From the NCBI RefSeq assembly GCF_006345805.1, contig NC_043015.1, forward strand, positions 49,662,001 through 49,726,000: 64,000 nt of DNA, in the 5' to 3' direction. This stretch comes from Octopus sinensis. Its lineage: Eukaryota. Below, one piece after another: positions 48,804 through 61,766 of the stretch (its first letter is position 1; each line of letters starts with the position of its first letter). The translations under genes were made by a program, and so were the position numbers. The notes below the pieces were generated by a model. That model was not told the origin of the DNA. It ran no database searches and saw nothing but the letters and a program-made list of their open reading frames with translations.

Positions 48804-49273
48804 CGTTAGAAAAAGCATGAACACCACAGGATCTCATCTCCGTCCGTATAAGGGTCCGCACATTGTTGAACATCTTAGATTCGTATCTCGACTCCACTCC
48901 GCTTTTACGAAACTCTATCAAATTACATAATAAATAACTCCAAAATAAATTTTAATTTCCTCTGAAGCGAAATCGAACTCACTTCATTAGGATCTATATA
49001 ACGTTTTGGCCTAACCCATTCCTCTCTCAGACACTATCGTTATCAGATCTCTGAAGATCAAGAAATAATTTACGAAGTCAGCAACTCCGGAAATCATCCA
49101 AGCATAAACAAAAGAAAAAAAAATCGGAAAAAAAAGAAGCAACAAACAAAAAAAAAACCCACTCTTCATGTTTTTTAATCAAACAGTAAATTATTTGCTA
49201 GTTCCTGGATTTACTTACTTCGAGGTTTTGGACCTGACAGTTGTTTGTTTACGTCAGTGAATATCGGCTGACT

Positions 49274-49300
<27 letters not shown>
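48804..49300 (-). other. Candidate antisense spliced unit (exons ending 49219; 49050-48983; 48914-48804)
   Basis: Minus-strand donors GTAAGT (49218) and GTGAGT (48982), acceptor TTTCTTGATCTTCAG (49051), T-rich 168 nt intron. Confidence 0.35.
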
Positions 49301-49331
<31 letters not shown>

Positions 49332-49539
49332 TCCTTGTGTCTCTCCTTCTCTTTCTCCATATATATATATATATATAGCTGACAGCGTATCAGAAAACAT
49401 TTCTTTCATGGTCATTCATAGAATCTATCTTTGATGTAGACATCGGGGATGGGTTTACTACTGTCAGACGTGTTCGATCAACAACTGCAAAATGTGTTGC
49501 TTTCTGATCGTCTGGCTACATTTTACACCCCACACACAC

Positions 49540-49575
<36 letters not shown>

Positions 49576-50794
49576 GCAAAATGGCTGTCGCTACACATCG
49601 TAGTTAATAATTCATCGACACTCGTTGTGCGTCTTCTTGAAACAAGAAACTGTCTGATCATAATGTTGTTCTATTTCCGGCAATATTTATTATCATTGCT
49701 GGTATTGTCACTGTTTCTATGTCGGCTGCGAAGACAGGAATCAGACAGTAGAACTTAAAATGACTTAGGCTGTTTAGATGATCTCGCCGTTGACGTTGTC
49801 GCCGTTGTCGACGTTGTTTAGTTCCAGGTCAGACTGAATCGAGTAAACAGAATATCAATGCTGTTCCACCCTGCTACCATCCCCGCCTCTTTTAATGCAT
49901 CTAAGACTGCATTATTTTATTTCCTATATCGAATCTATAAAAAGTGGACAGATACGATATGGACGGAAGAGATTTGGCTGCTATTTCTAGCGAGTCGGTA
50001 CGACTACGTTGCCATCGTTTAGTCTTGGCTTTTCTCCTTCTAGTTTCGTTTTTCGTCCCTGTTGGGCGGTGCGAGGGCTGGGGGTTACTAGACACCAGCA
50101 ATATTCGGGGGGCATAGCTGTGTGATTAAGAAGTGCGTTTCCCAACCGTGTGGCTCCAGGTTCAGTCTCAATGCGTGGCATCTTGAGCAAGTGTTTTTCC
50201 TCTTCTATAGCTCTGACCGACCGATGCCTTGTGAGTGAATTTCTTAGAGACAGAAACTGAAGGAAACTTGCCTGAGGATCCGTTTGGGGGAAAGCGCTGG
50301 GCAGATAATATTCGGGAGTCCCGTACGATCGTCTAAGCGCAGGCATGGCTGTGTGATTAAGAAGTGCGTTTCCCAACCATGTGGCTTCAGGTTCAATCTC
50401 AATGCGTGGCATCTTAACAAAACCTTTACACCTTTAACAAAAAGATTTTTTCCCACGATAACTGCCATGAATTTGCCTTTAGAAGTTAAAATGTCCCAAA
50501 CATATTTTAACTGACTTAAAGTAATATATATATATAAGCGCATGGCCTAGTGGTAAGGCTGTTGCACACACGATCGCTAGATCGTGGGTTCGATTCCCTG
50601 ATTGGCTGGCGCGTTGTGTGTTCTTGAGTGAAATATTTCATTTCGCTTTGCTCTAATCTCCCTTTCGATCTGTGGGAATGTTGGCCTGCTCGCCTAGCCA
50701 GCGGGATGGCGTCAGTTGAAGGCTAAAACAATGCAATAGCGCATTGTGACCAGCTATGTGTAACACTGTCTGAAAGCCTGGTCAGCCACGTCAT

Positions 50795-50843
<49 letters not shown>

Positions 50844-51344
50844 TATATTTCCTTGTTGTGACATTACGTGATACAGTAATCCCTCACCATATCGCGGTTT
50901 ATTATCTAAGCCTGCGTCGCTTCCTCTGCAGTGTTGTTTTGCATTGATAATAAAGTACATATATACAAATTATAAAAATAATTTAAAAATATATATAGTA
51001 CAGTACTGTTTCTACTTCGTGGAATTTCACCTAACCCCAGGGGTTCTGGAGCGTAGCACCTGCGATAGTCGAGGGGTTACTGTAGTTGTAAACGAGAGTA
51101 GCTGTTTCCAGTCTCCTGTGAAAAATGTGTCCGGCCACGAGGAGATATTACCACACTTGGAAACGCCTGAAGGTTGGCGACAAGAAGGGCATCCAAGTGT
51201 AGTAAATCTGTTTCAATGAAATGCAAGTGGTAAGACTGCAAAATTACTAATTTAAATGTAAAATGGATAGATAATTGTACGAGTAGTTTATCTATACTGG
51301 AGAAATGCTGTGAATGTAACTCATGCTTGTACTCTCTTTTGTAG

Positions 51345-51511
51345 GATGTACTCTACTACTGTTTGAAAACGAGGTCCGTGGATGTAAACGCCCGCGACAA
51401 CGCGGGATTCACACCATTACACGAGTGCTGTGTTCGAGGGAATTTATACGTCGCGCGCTATTTGATTTCATACGGAGCTGATGTTAACCAATGTTCTCAA
51501 GACGGAATCAG
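51345..51511 (+). CDS. BCOR: BCOR ankyrin exon 2 (DVLYYCLKTRSVDVNARDNAGFTPLHECCVRGNLYVARYLISYGADVNQCSQDGIR)
   Basis: Acceptor CTCTTTTGTAG, donor AG|GTAATT, phase 0 to 2. Canonical ankyrin motifs (DVNARDNAGFTPLHE, YGADVN) parallel BCOR [31 protein letters not shown]...YGADVNCSAQDGTR. Missed by the ORF track. Confidence 0.94.
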
Positions 51512-52569
51512 GTAATTATTTTTTTATTCTTCTTCTTCTGCTGCTGCCGCTGCTACGTTACCCGTGTGATAAGGAACCACAAAGAAGGAACCTCCCGTAG
51601 GTGGAGACTAGCTCAGTCGTCGCCTGTCCAATTCAGGCGAAGTGTACATACAGACTAAGGGGCGAAACGCTTGTGACTCTGAAATACCGGCTGAGGATAC
51701 GGAAGAGTTTCCAGCATTGCAATGGATTTTAGAAGGGCTTGCATGACCTCAGAGGTCATGCAGTTTCTGCAAGGAGCAAAGCATCTCTGTTTATTTCACC
51801 TTTTATTCTTCGATAGTATTCCTTTTCTTTCTTTCCCTCTTTCTTTCTTTTTTCTCCCTCTTGTCGTCGTGAAGCAGTTGCAAAACAGCTTAGTGAAGAC
51901 ATCACTCCTTGTTGCTAAGCGGCCTCTATCTGGAAATACTTTAATGCTCTTAAGATTTTTCCGTAACGGATCAAACCTATGTCCGCATTAACTACTGCTG
52001 CTGCTACTACTGCTGAATTATATATGCAATGAGAGAATGATATCGCAAAAAGCTGTTGTCTTTCAGAACACATTAGTCCTGATTAATCAGATTCCATGAA
52101 AACAGTTATTCAAATCCGTGATCCGGTTTCACTTTTTTTTTTCAAAATATAACGTATCTAGGACTACATTATAAAATATGGTTTGAGAGTTGTGATATTT
52201 GACTACTATTTCTAGTAGGTCGAGTGACCACGTAGGACAATCAAGTGCCAACTGCTGGTTAAATCAGTTGACTCGTCTACTACGACCTTACAAAATTTAA
52301 CCTAGATCTGAATGTAGGAAATAATTGCTTGCTGGCAGTTAGATCCAGGCGTGACAGCGTGGTTTAGAAGCTTACTTCTCAAACACACGGTCTCGAGTTA
52401 CGTTTACGTATAGGAAGGGCACACCCAGCCGTAAAAGACCCTGCCAAAACAGACACAGAAAGAAGTCTGGTGCAGGTCGCTGTCTGGCCAGCGCCTGTCG
52501 AACCGTCCAACCCATGCCAGCATGGAAGGCGGACGTTAAACGATGATAATGATGTATTTACATGTAAAT

Positions 52570-53190
52570 GCGCTTGGCTTAGTGGTTAGGGGTATCCGGC
52601 TACGATCGTAATGTCGTGAGTTCGATACACAGCGGCGTATTATGTTCTTGAGCAAGACACTTTATTTCCAGTTGCTCCGGTCCACACCGCTGGCAAAAAT
52701 GAGGAGTACCTGTAATTCAAAAGGGCCAGCCTTATTACATACACTCAGTGTGTCATGCTGAATCTCCCTTAAGCGTTAAGGGTACGCTTGTCTTAGGGGT
52801 TCTCAGCCACTTGCACGTTAATTTCGCAAGCAGGCTGTTTCGTTGATCGGATCAACTGTAACGCTCGTCGTCGTGACCGACGGAGTACCATTTGAGTTAA
52901 TATGTATCATATATCACGTGACCGACCAGACCATCAGGTGTTGTTACACATCGCTGGTCACAATGCGTTCGCATTGTTTTAGCCTTCGAATGACGCCACC
53001 CCGCTGGCTAAGCGAGCAGGCCAACAGAAGAAAGAGTGGTGAAAGAGTACAGCAGGGATCACCACCCCCTGCCGGGGCGTCGTGGAGCTTTTTAGGTGTT
53101 TTCGCTCAATAAACACTCACAACGCCCGGCCTGGGAATCGAAACCGCGAGTCCGCTGCCCTAACCACTGGGCCAATTGCGCCTCCACATG
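52570..53190. mobile_element. Inverted pair of family C SINEs (+ 52570-52890; - 52915-53190)
   Basis: Heads point toward each other; bodies partly complementary. Confidence 0.75.
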
Positions 53191-54029
53191 TATCATATAT
53201 GTAACAATTAAATTCTGTATTACGCATTTCATTGTTTTGTTATGCGCGTGATTCCCTTAGTCCGTGGATAAATTGTCTTGCATGAATCCGGTCTGTAATG
53301 CTAAAAATGGTGTCTGGCATTTAAACCGGCGCTGTACTCTTTCTGCCGCTTCGTTGCATTCACGCCACATAACATTAAGCCAGTTAAGGGGTGGGGAAGC
53401 GATTTTATTTCACACTAGGCGTTCCTGCATAAAAATAACTATTAAAATATTTTTTCACTAAACAGACGATATTTTTTTTGCCTCCATTTTTTTTTTCTCT
53501 TTACGGAGAAACGCGTTTTTTTTTTCTATTGAACGTAAGGCAAAGAGCAAGCAATGAGTTTCAGAGAAAAATAGCTGTGAAAAAGAGCTGTCTGTCAGGG
53601 TGTGAATGCGTGTGTGTGTGTATGTGTGTGCGGTTGTGTCTAGATTTATGTGTTAGTTTCCGGTTGTAGGATTTTTTTTTTTTTTGCTTTCTTTTCTTGC
53701 ATTTTATTTATTTTATTTTTTTTTCGTTAGTGAGAGGGTAAAGACTGACTGTTGTTTGACTTATATACAAATGGAGAATGCAAATTTGAACGGGAGGAAA
53801 ATGGTAGTAAATTGAGGCTACGAGACACATTTGACGCCAACCGTGTTTAGTCTGTCATGTGTTGAGAGAGAGAGAGAGAAAGATGAGTGTAAAGATGGCT
53901 GAACAGCCACAGATGTACTCATGCAGGGTATTGAAGGCATGTCTTAGTGAAGTGTTCATGAAGTGTGTATAAACATACATGTACACACGCACATTAACAT
54001 ACGCAATAGACACACGATATATAAATATG

Positions 54030-54183
54030 GGCGCAAGAGTGGCTGTGGGGTAAGAAGCTTGTTTCCCAACCACATCGTTCCGGGTTCGGTCCCACTGCGT
54101 GGCACCTTGCGCAAGTGTCTCCTACTATAGCTTTGGTTAGACCAAAGCCTTGTGCGTGGATTTGGAAATTGAAAGAAGCCCGT

Positions 54184-54239
<56 letters not shown>

Positions 54240-54455
54240 GTGTGTGTGTTTGCGTGTCTGTGTTTGTTTCCCCAACATCGCTTGAAAACCGATGCTGGTG
54301 TATTTACGTCCCCCGTAACTTAGCGGTTCCGCAAAAGAGACCGATAGAATAAGTAGTAGTCTTACAAAGAATAAGTCCTGGGGTCGATTTGCTCGACTAA
54401 AGGCGGTGCTCCAGCATGGCCACAGTCAAATGACTGAAACAAGTAAAGAGTACAT
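54030..54455 (+). mobile_element. SINE family B
   Basis: Full head, body and tail. Confidence 0.85.
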
Positions 54456-54904
54456 GAATACTTAAAAAGAATAAGTACCGGGTTGTTCCAGCATGGCCGT
54501 AGCCCAATTACTGAAACGAGTAACAGAGCCCAACAAAACTAAAACGCCGACCCCCACGGAACCTTAAGTTTTGTTGACCCTTTCTCTGACTCAGTTCTCA
54601 GTTCTTTCGGTCCGGTCCTCCAGCTTTTATTCTTTTTAAACCTTGTATTTTTATTCTGTTGGGATTTTTTTGTTTATACGGAACAGCTGTGTTACAGAGA
54701 CGTAAACAAACCAAGCGGCGTGTGGGTGGGAACAAACAAACAAACACACACACACGTGTCCAAGGACCGTGTTCCTACAAACAGGATTAAGAGTTCCTGA
54801 AAGCATGCGATAAAAATTGGGTGCGACAAGTGGCAAACTTCAAAAACAAATCCTGTACAAACAAGCAGCCGGGAGTTGATTCTCGTCTTGTCATCGAGAG
54901 TTTA

Positions 54905-55115
54905 TTACTCTTTTACTCTCTTTTACTTGTTTCAGTCATTTGACTGCGGCCATGCTGGAGCACTGTCTTTAATCGATCAAATCGACCCCGGAACTTATTC
55001 TTTGTAAGCCCAGTACTTATTCTATAGGTCTCTTTTGCCGAACCGCTAGGGGGCGGGGACGTAAATACACCAGCATCGGTTGTCAAGCAATACTAGGGGG
55101 ACAAACACAGACACA

Positions 55116-55169
<54 letters not shown>

Positions 55170-55330
55170 CACGACAGGCTTCTTTCAGTTTCCGTCTACC
55201 AAATCCACTCACAAGGCATTGGTCGGCCCGGGACTATAGCAGAAGACACTTGCCCAAGATGCCACACAGTGGGACCGAACCCGGAACCATGTGGTTGGTT
55301 AGCAAGCTACTTACCACACAGCCACTCCTA
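54905..55330 (-). mobile_element. SINE family B, inverted relative to 54030-54455
   Basis: Full reverse-complement copy. Confidence 0.87.
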
Positions 55331-56044
55331 TCGAAATTACTATCCGTTAAGACGGAACACTAATTTGCAGGGTTGTTAGGGCGTTGGATGCACTACCTTC
55401 TAGTAATTTCTTCTGGTTCCTTACGTTCAAATAACTCCGACGTCAGCCACGTATTTTACCGTAAATAGGTCGATAAGAGAAAATATCATTTAGGTTGGGT
55501 TGTTGGTGCAATGGTTAAAGCTTCGAACAAAATGTTTTGTGGTATTTGTTCTCGCTTTTTACTTTTAGAGTCCCCAGATGGGTGTGGCGAACTTGTCTAC
55601 ATCGATCCGACAAGATGGGGAAGCGGAGACTTAGGTTAAGTTAAGGAAGGCAAATGAAAACTACCATTCTATTCTCCCTGGGTGATTCCAAAGTGATTTC
55701 ATTGACAAAGAAATCAACTGGCTCTTTGGCCCGATGGTGAGCAAAAGAAAAGAAAAAAAACTTACGAAAACTCGACCAAAATTTTCTACAGCATTTTATT
55801 ACATAGGAAGGTTTAACAGGCGCAAAGGAAGTCTTTGTACCCGGATCTGAGACTTACTAAATATCTTCAGCAACGAATTACACCACAAATCGCATAATAG
55901 CTGGGAGCGGGGTTTATTTTTCAATATGAATTTATATTGAATTCTGATTAAGTGTAAGACTATAAATTATTTACAGGAGAACGCATCTAGACAGTTCATT
56001 CTCTCTCTCTCCTGGATTATGTACTCAATCAAGAAGCATATCTT

Positions 56045-56462
56045 ATTTCTTTATTGGCCACAACAGGCTAAACATAGAGGGGACAAACAAGGACAGACAA
56101 ACGGATTAAGTCGATTACATCGACCCCAATGCGTAACTAGTACTTAATTTATCGACCCCGAGAGGATGAAAGGCAAAGTCGACCTCGACGGAATTTGAAC
56201 TTAGAACGTAACGGCAGGCGAAATACCTATTTCTTTACTACCCACAAGGGGCTAAACACAGAGAGGACAAACAAGGACAGACAAACGGATTAAGTCGATT
56301 ACATCGACCCCAGTGCGTAACTCGTACTTAATTTATCAACCCCGAAAGGATGAAAGGCAAAGTCGACCTCGGCGGAATTTGAACTCAGAACGTAACGGCA
56401 GACGAAATACGGCTACGCATTTCGCCCGGCGTGCTAACGTTTCTGCCAGCTCGTCGCCTTTA
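56045..56462 (-). mobile_element. SINE family A dimer
   Basis: Two body units with the standard junction at about 56226. Confidence 0.87.
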
Positions 56463-57639
56463 TCAAGAAGCATATCTTACCAGGAACTTATGTCTTCTTA
56501 GAAAGCAATCGCCACTTAATATTGGTAAATAATATTTATGGTGAGCTGGCAGAATCGTTAGCACGCTGGACGAAATGCTTCGCGTATTCCATCGTCACTG
56601 CGTTCTGAGTTCAAATTCCGCTGTGGTCGACTTTGCCTTTCATCCTTTTTCGGAGGCAATAAAATAAATACAAGTTGGACCCTGGGGTTGATGTAATTGA
56701 CTTATCTCCTCCCCTAAAATTGCGCTGGGCTTATGCTAAAATTTGAAATCAATATCTAGCACGATCTAATCACCGAGTTACGCACTCTGACGAACAGCGT
56801 TACTTTTGAGACCCTTAAGAGGAAACCTGTTTTGACACCATGTATTCGCGATCGTAACCCTGATGCACCCAACATTCAATACCGTATCACATCTTTGTTT
56901 TCAAATTGTATACAAGTTAACACACACACACACACACATACACACACGCGCATATACACACGCGTACACATATGCAAACGCAAACATACAAACACAGACA
57001 GTCATACACACACACACACACACGCACCTAACAGGAACCTTTACTGTTTGACATTTTAAGCCCGATCTTTTTTGTGTCCTTGTTATTTTTTCTCTGAAAA
57101 ATACCATATTGATATCGTTTTCTTTTTATTTACTTACTTTTTTGTTGTTGTTTTTTTTCTCCCATGCTAATTACGAAAAATTACATTCATTTTCTGAGGA
57201 AAATTATTCGTAACAACAAATTAAGAACCTTCCAAGATTGAACGTTACTATAGGAACTTTTGTTGCTATGGAAGCGTATGGGAATTACAATGTCCGAGAT
57301 ATTGATAACATAGGTTTTCTGACTGACTCGAATTATCAAAGAATTCAATCTTTAGAAATTTGGTAAAAGGTTCATAGCTTGTTATTGCTGTTAAATTCTT
57401 TAAAGACACCAACAACAAATGGCTGCGATGTTTTTGTAATTACCAAGCAAAACTACATCCGTGTGAGATGGTTTTTGTGTTTTTCTTTTATTAATCGGGT
57501 TCTGTGAGTCAAACGGTTAAGAAACCCCATAGACACACACATAGATTCCCGCCCACATACATATATACATACGCAAGACACATTCACTCTCTCTTTCTCT
57601 CTCATATATACATATATTTTCTAATTCTAATTCTTCGCC

Positions 57640-58140
57640 CTTTCCAAGCCTAGCCAGGCTCATGGGCCCGGTTTCCCGGTTTTTGTGGTGTATGTGTTCC
57701 CCCTCAGCTGGACGGGATGCCAGTCCATCGTAGCGTTACTCAAGAAACAGGAAGAAAGAGTGAGAGAAAGTTGGGGTTGAAAGATTACAACAGGGGTCGC
57801 CACCACCCCCTGCCGGAGCCTCGCGGAGCGTTTATGGTGTTTTCGCTCAATTAAACACACAACGCCCGGTCTGGGAATCGATGTGTGTCCCCAATTTCCC
57901 AGCTGGACGGGACGCCAGTCCTCCGCAGCGTTACTCAAGAAACAGGAAGAAAGAGTGAGAGAAAGTTGGAGCGGAAGATTACAACAGGGAACGCCACCAT
58001 TCCCTTTACTGAGCGTCGTGGAGCTTTTAGGGTGTTTTCGCTCAATAAACACACACGCAACGCCCGGTCTGGGAACGAAAACCGCGATCCTCCGACCGCG
58101 AGTCCGCTGCCCTAACCACTGAGCCATTGCGCCTCCACAT
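57640..58140 (-). mobile_element. Tandem pair of family C variant SINEs
   Basis: CAGCTGGACGGGA(T/C)GCCAGTCC...CGCCCGGTCTGGGAA occurs twice. Confidence 0.8.
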
Positions 58141-58538
58141 ATATAACATATCTCTGTTCAGTTTTTAATGCGTATTTAAATTTTAAAATATACACACGAA
58201 CCACTCCTTTCGTTACTATCTCGTCTTGCCTGTTGTATATGCCTTTCCAACAAAACGCATCCATACACGATATATTGCGCACAAACAACAAATAAACACG
58301 TACACACCATAAACAAACCTCCTGATCAATAGGTGCAGTCACGTAGATTGGTACAAACAAGAAAAAGTCATTTATTTCCTACGATAAAACAAGTTGAGGT
58401 GTTTGTACGTTGGTGATAAAAGCAGACGATTTGTTGGTTACTATCAACTTCGTTTTTTCTAGAGCGTCAAGATAATTTTCAACTAGCTTCACTTAAGAGC
58501 ATATCTATATATATATATATATATATAATAATATATAT

Positions 58539-58571
<33 letters not shown>

Positions 58572-59499
58572 TCTCGTTCTGACAATTTTATCATCTGACA
58601 GCTATCCTTCCACTCGCCTTTTTCTCTCTCTCTCTCTCTCTCTCAATCTAATTTTTTTTCTTTCCTTTTCGTCTTTTTATTGTTTCCGTTCTCAGTTTCT
58701 TGAATTTATTATTTTTTCTCTTTTTTTTCTTTTTTCAGTAAGGGTAAGGGGTGGGGGGGGTGTTTTTTATTTTTTATTTTTTGTTTCTAAGCATTCCCTC
58801 CCCCCCTCCCTCTCTCCGCTTCTCCTTTCTCTTCTAATTATTCTGTTGTCGTAATTTAAGAAGCAAAACTAACAACATGAGGTAAAGCTAGAGCGACACG
58901 TAAAGGCTACCGATGTATTTACGTCAATCTATTACGTCAGCAACTGTCTTTCTTCTCTCTTGTCTTCGCTTTCCCCCCCCCCTCTCTCGTTCATTCGTTT
59001 CCTCGCCTCCATTTTCTCATCCCTCCCTCTCTCTCTCTCACTCTTTCTCCACCCCTTACCATTTCCTCCTCCTCCTTACCATTTCCTCCTCCTCCTCCTC
59101 TCGTCTCTCGTAATTGTGCAAAGAGGTAGCTTAGCATATGGCGTTCCTTGTCTATTCCCGGCACATGTAAACCAGATTCTACAAAGGCGACCATTTTTTT
59201 TCTTCTGCAAAAAAACAAACAAGACAAAACAAAAAAAAAGATATGGCCGCTATTAACAACACTTGCTTCATCGTTACGGCACACGTACTTTTCACATGTT
59301 ACAAACTCCAGCATTCTATGCGCGAGTACATGTATGCGCGCGCGTATCTATCTATCTATCTATCTATCTGTCTGTCTGTCTGTCATTCTCTATCTTTCTT
59401 TCACTGTCTCTCTTTTTCTCTTATCTCTTTCTTTCTCTCAGCCAGCCACTTTCTCTCTCTTTCATTCTTTCTCTCATTCTCTCCCCCTCTCTCTCTGTA

Positions 59500-59780
59500 T
59501 GTATGTATATATATATATATATTATATCTATCATATATATATTATAATATATCATATATTATTATATATATATATATCATATATAATATTATATATCATA
59601 TATATATTATATATATATATCATATATAATATATATATATTATATATCTATCATATATGTCTATCATACATATATATATATTATATCATATATATATATT
59701 ATATATATATTATATCATATATATATATATCATATATTATATATATTATATCATATATATATATATATATATATAATTCA
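59500..59780. repeat. (TA)n/(TATCA)n microsatellite
   Basis: Simple repeat underlying the 272 aa pseudo-ORF. Confidence 0.95.
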
Positions 59781-60373
59781 TGTATTAATATCTATGTTCC
59801 TGTTTGTATTGCCAAATCATCCATGCGTGTGCGTAAAAATCTACCCACTTGCAAGCACAAACTATTTATGCTTCTATGTATGTGTATGTATGTATGTGTG
59901 TATGTATATATATATATATGTGTGTGTGTGTGTAATTTTCGGTGTGTTTGTGCATATTATCTCTGAGGAACAATAGAAAGATAGAGGAGAACCGATTCGT
60001 TTCATGTGTTGATCGATCAGTTTATCAATCAATAAGATCTATCGATATATCTGTCTGTGTGTCTGCCTCCATTGTTCTTTTCTGCGTCGGCCAAGTTGTT
60101 GCTTACCTGTTCATCGATCTCTCTCCTTTCTTTCACACACTTGTCTCTGCTTACCTTCGGACCCCTTTCTTCACAGCAGTCCTTTCGCCTCCATATTTTC
60201 ATCTGCTTTAAATTTGCAATTTCACTCTTTCTCTTTCTCTCTCTCTCTCTCTACATACATACATACATAGATACACACATCTTCTTTCAGGGATATGAAT
60301 GCGACCATGCTGTGGCACCGCCTTGACAAGTTTTAGTGGAATAAATCAGCCCAAAATTTTAATTTTTTTTTTC

Positions 60374-60796
60374 GAATCTTTTTCAGTTTGAACGGCAGTT
60401 TTTTAAAATAATTTCCCACGTAACTAAACACTTTTAAACTTCGTATACTGGTAGAATGTGTTTATAAAACATCTTTTTCTCTTGGCTTTATTGAGAAAAT
60501 TCTATAGTTTGTAAGATATTTGTTGTTTTTTCTGCAATTTCTGCAATTTCAACCAATTAATGACGTCTATTGAGTTGAAAACATTCTGTGCCGTATGAAT
60601 ATGTCCATCGTTTAAGAAACAGATTGGGTTTATTTACATTTCTGAAGAAAAAAAGATACCCTTCACCCACCCCTAACCATAACCATAACTAACCCTAAAA
60701 CATTGAAATGTAATAGATCGATACTAGGGTCATAATTATGAGTGACAATTTCATATGGCACCGCTAGAAAAACTGCCGTTCAAACCGAAAAGATCC
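60374..60796. mobile_element. MITE with about 29 bp TIRs and internal telomere-like CCTAAC repeats, 423 bp
   Basis: GAATCTTTTTTCAGTTTGAACGGCAGTTTTT ... AAAAACTGCCGTTCAAACCGAAAAGATCC; T-runs on both flanks; TIR fragment also at about 23188-23211. Confidence 0.8.
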
Positions 60797-60879
60797 TTTT
60801 TTTCCTAGTATGCTACTTATCTTAACGGTCCATTTTGCCGCACTGCTAAGTTACGGTTTAGTTTAGTTACTTATGTGAC

Positions 60880-61300
60880 AAACATGCGTGCGCGCACACA
60901 CACATGCACACACACACGACGGTCTTCCGCACAGTTTTCACCTACCGATTTCACTGAAAAGGCATTGTTTGAGGTCAAGGCTATATCAGAAGACACTTGT
61001 ACAAGGTACCGCGCCGAGGGACTGTACAACCCAGACCACAGGGTTGCGGCGCGAGTTTTTTAACCACACAGCTATGCCTGTGTGTGTCTGTGTCTGTGTT
61101 TGTCCCCCACCCCCCACCATTGCTTGAAAACTGCTGTTGGTGTGTTTACGTCCCCGTAACTTAGCGGCTCGGCAAAACAGAGACCGATAGAATAAGTACT
61201 AGGTTTACAAAGAATTAGTCCCGGGCTCGTTTTGCTCGACTAAAAAGGCGGTGCTCCAGCATGGCCGCAACCAAATGACCCAAATAACAGGATAAAAGAA
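60880..61300 (+). mobile_element. Diverged family B SINE
   Basis: Body and 3' tail recognisable. Confidence 0.7.
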
Positions 61301-61342
61301 TATATATATACATATAGATACACACACACACACACACACACC

Positions 61343-61406
<64 letters not shown>

Positions 61407-61766
61407 GAGAGAGGAAGGAGGGAGATCTCTCTGTTGCTCCCTAACCTGTTCTCCTTTATACGTCACTCTCCACTTAACGATTCTTTTTTCTGAACACTTC
61501 GCCTCAATATCGCCCACTTAATACTTCATTACGCAACAGACACAGTTTGTAGGTCGCTACCCCACCGACCGATTCTTCGCTTTGTTCTCAAATGTCGGTC
61601 ACGTTTAGCATCGTCAGGCATATTTAAACTGCTCCTCAAATAATGCCAGCTGCTTGCCCCAGAGTTCAGTGTACTCTCAGATAAACACCTGACTTTCTGC
61701 AGTTGTTCTTGTCGTCTAGAAACCATTTATATCTGAACTTAACATGCATACTCGTTGCTAAAGTAA

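Noticed and set aside
48670-48921. ORF fragment faintly like a reverse-transcriptase segment (MFNNVRTLIRT)
   Set aside because: No QG or YADD motifs in any neighbouring frame; the 3' third is SINE sequence.
59148-59966. 272 aa ORF
   Set aside because: Mostly (CTAT)n, (CT)n and (TA)n repeats.
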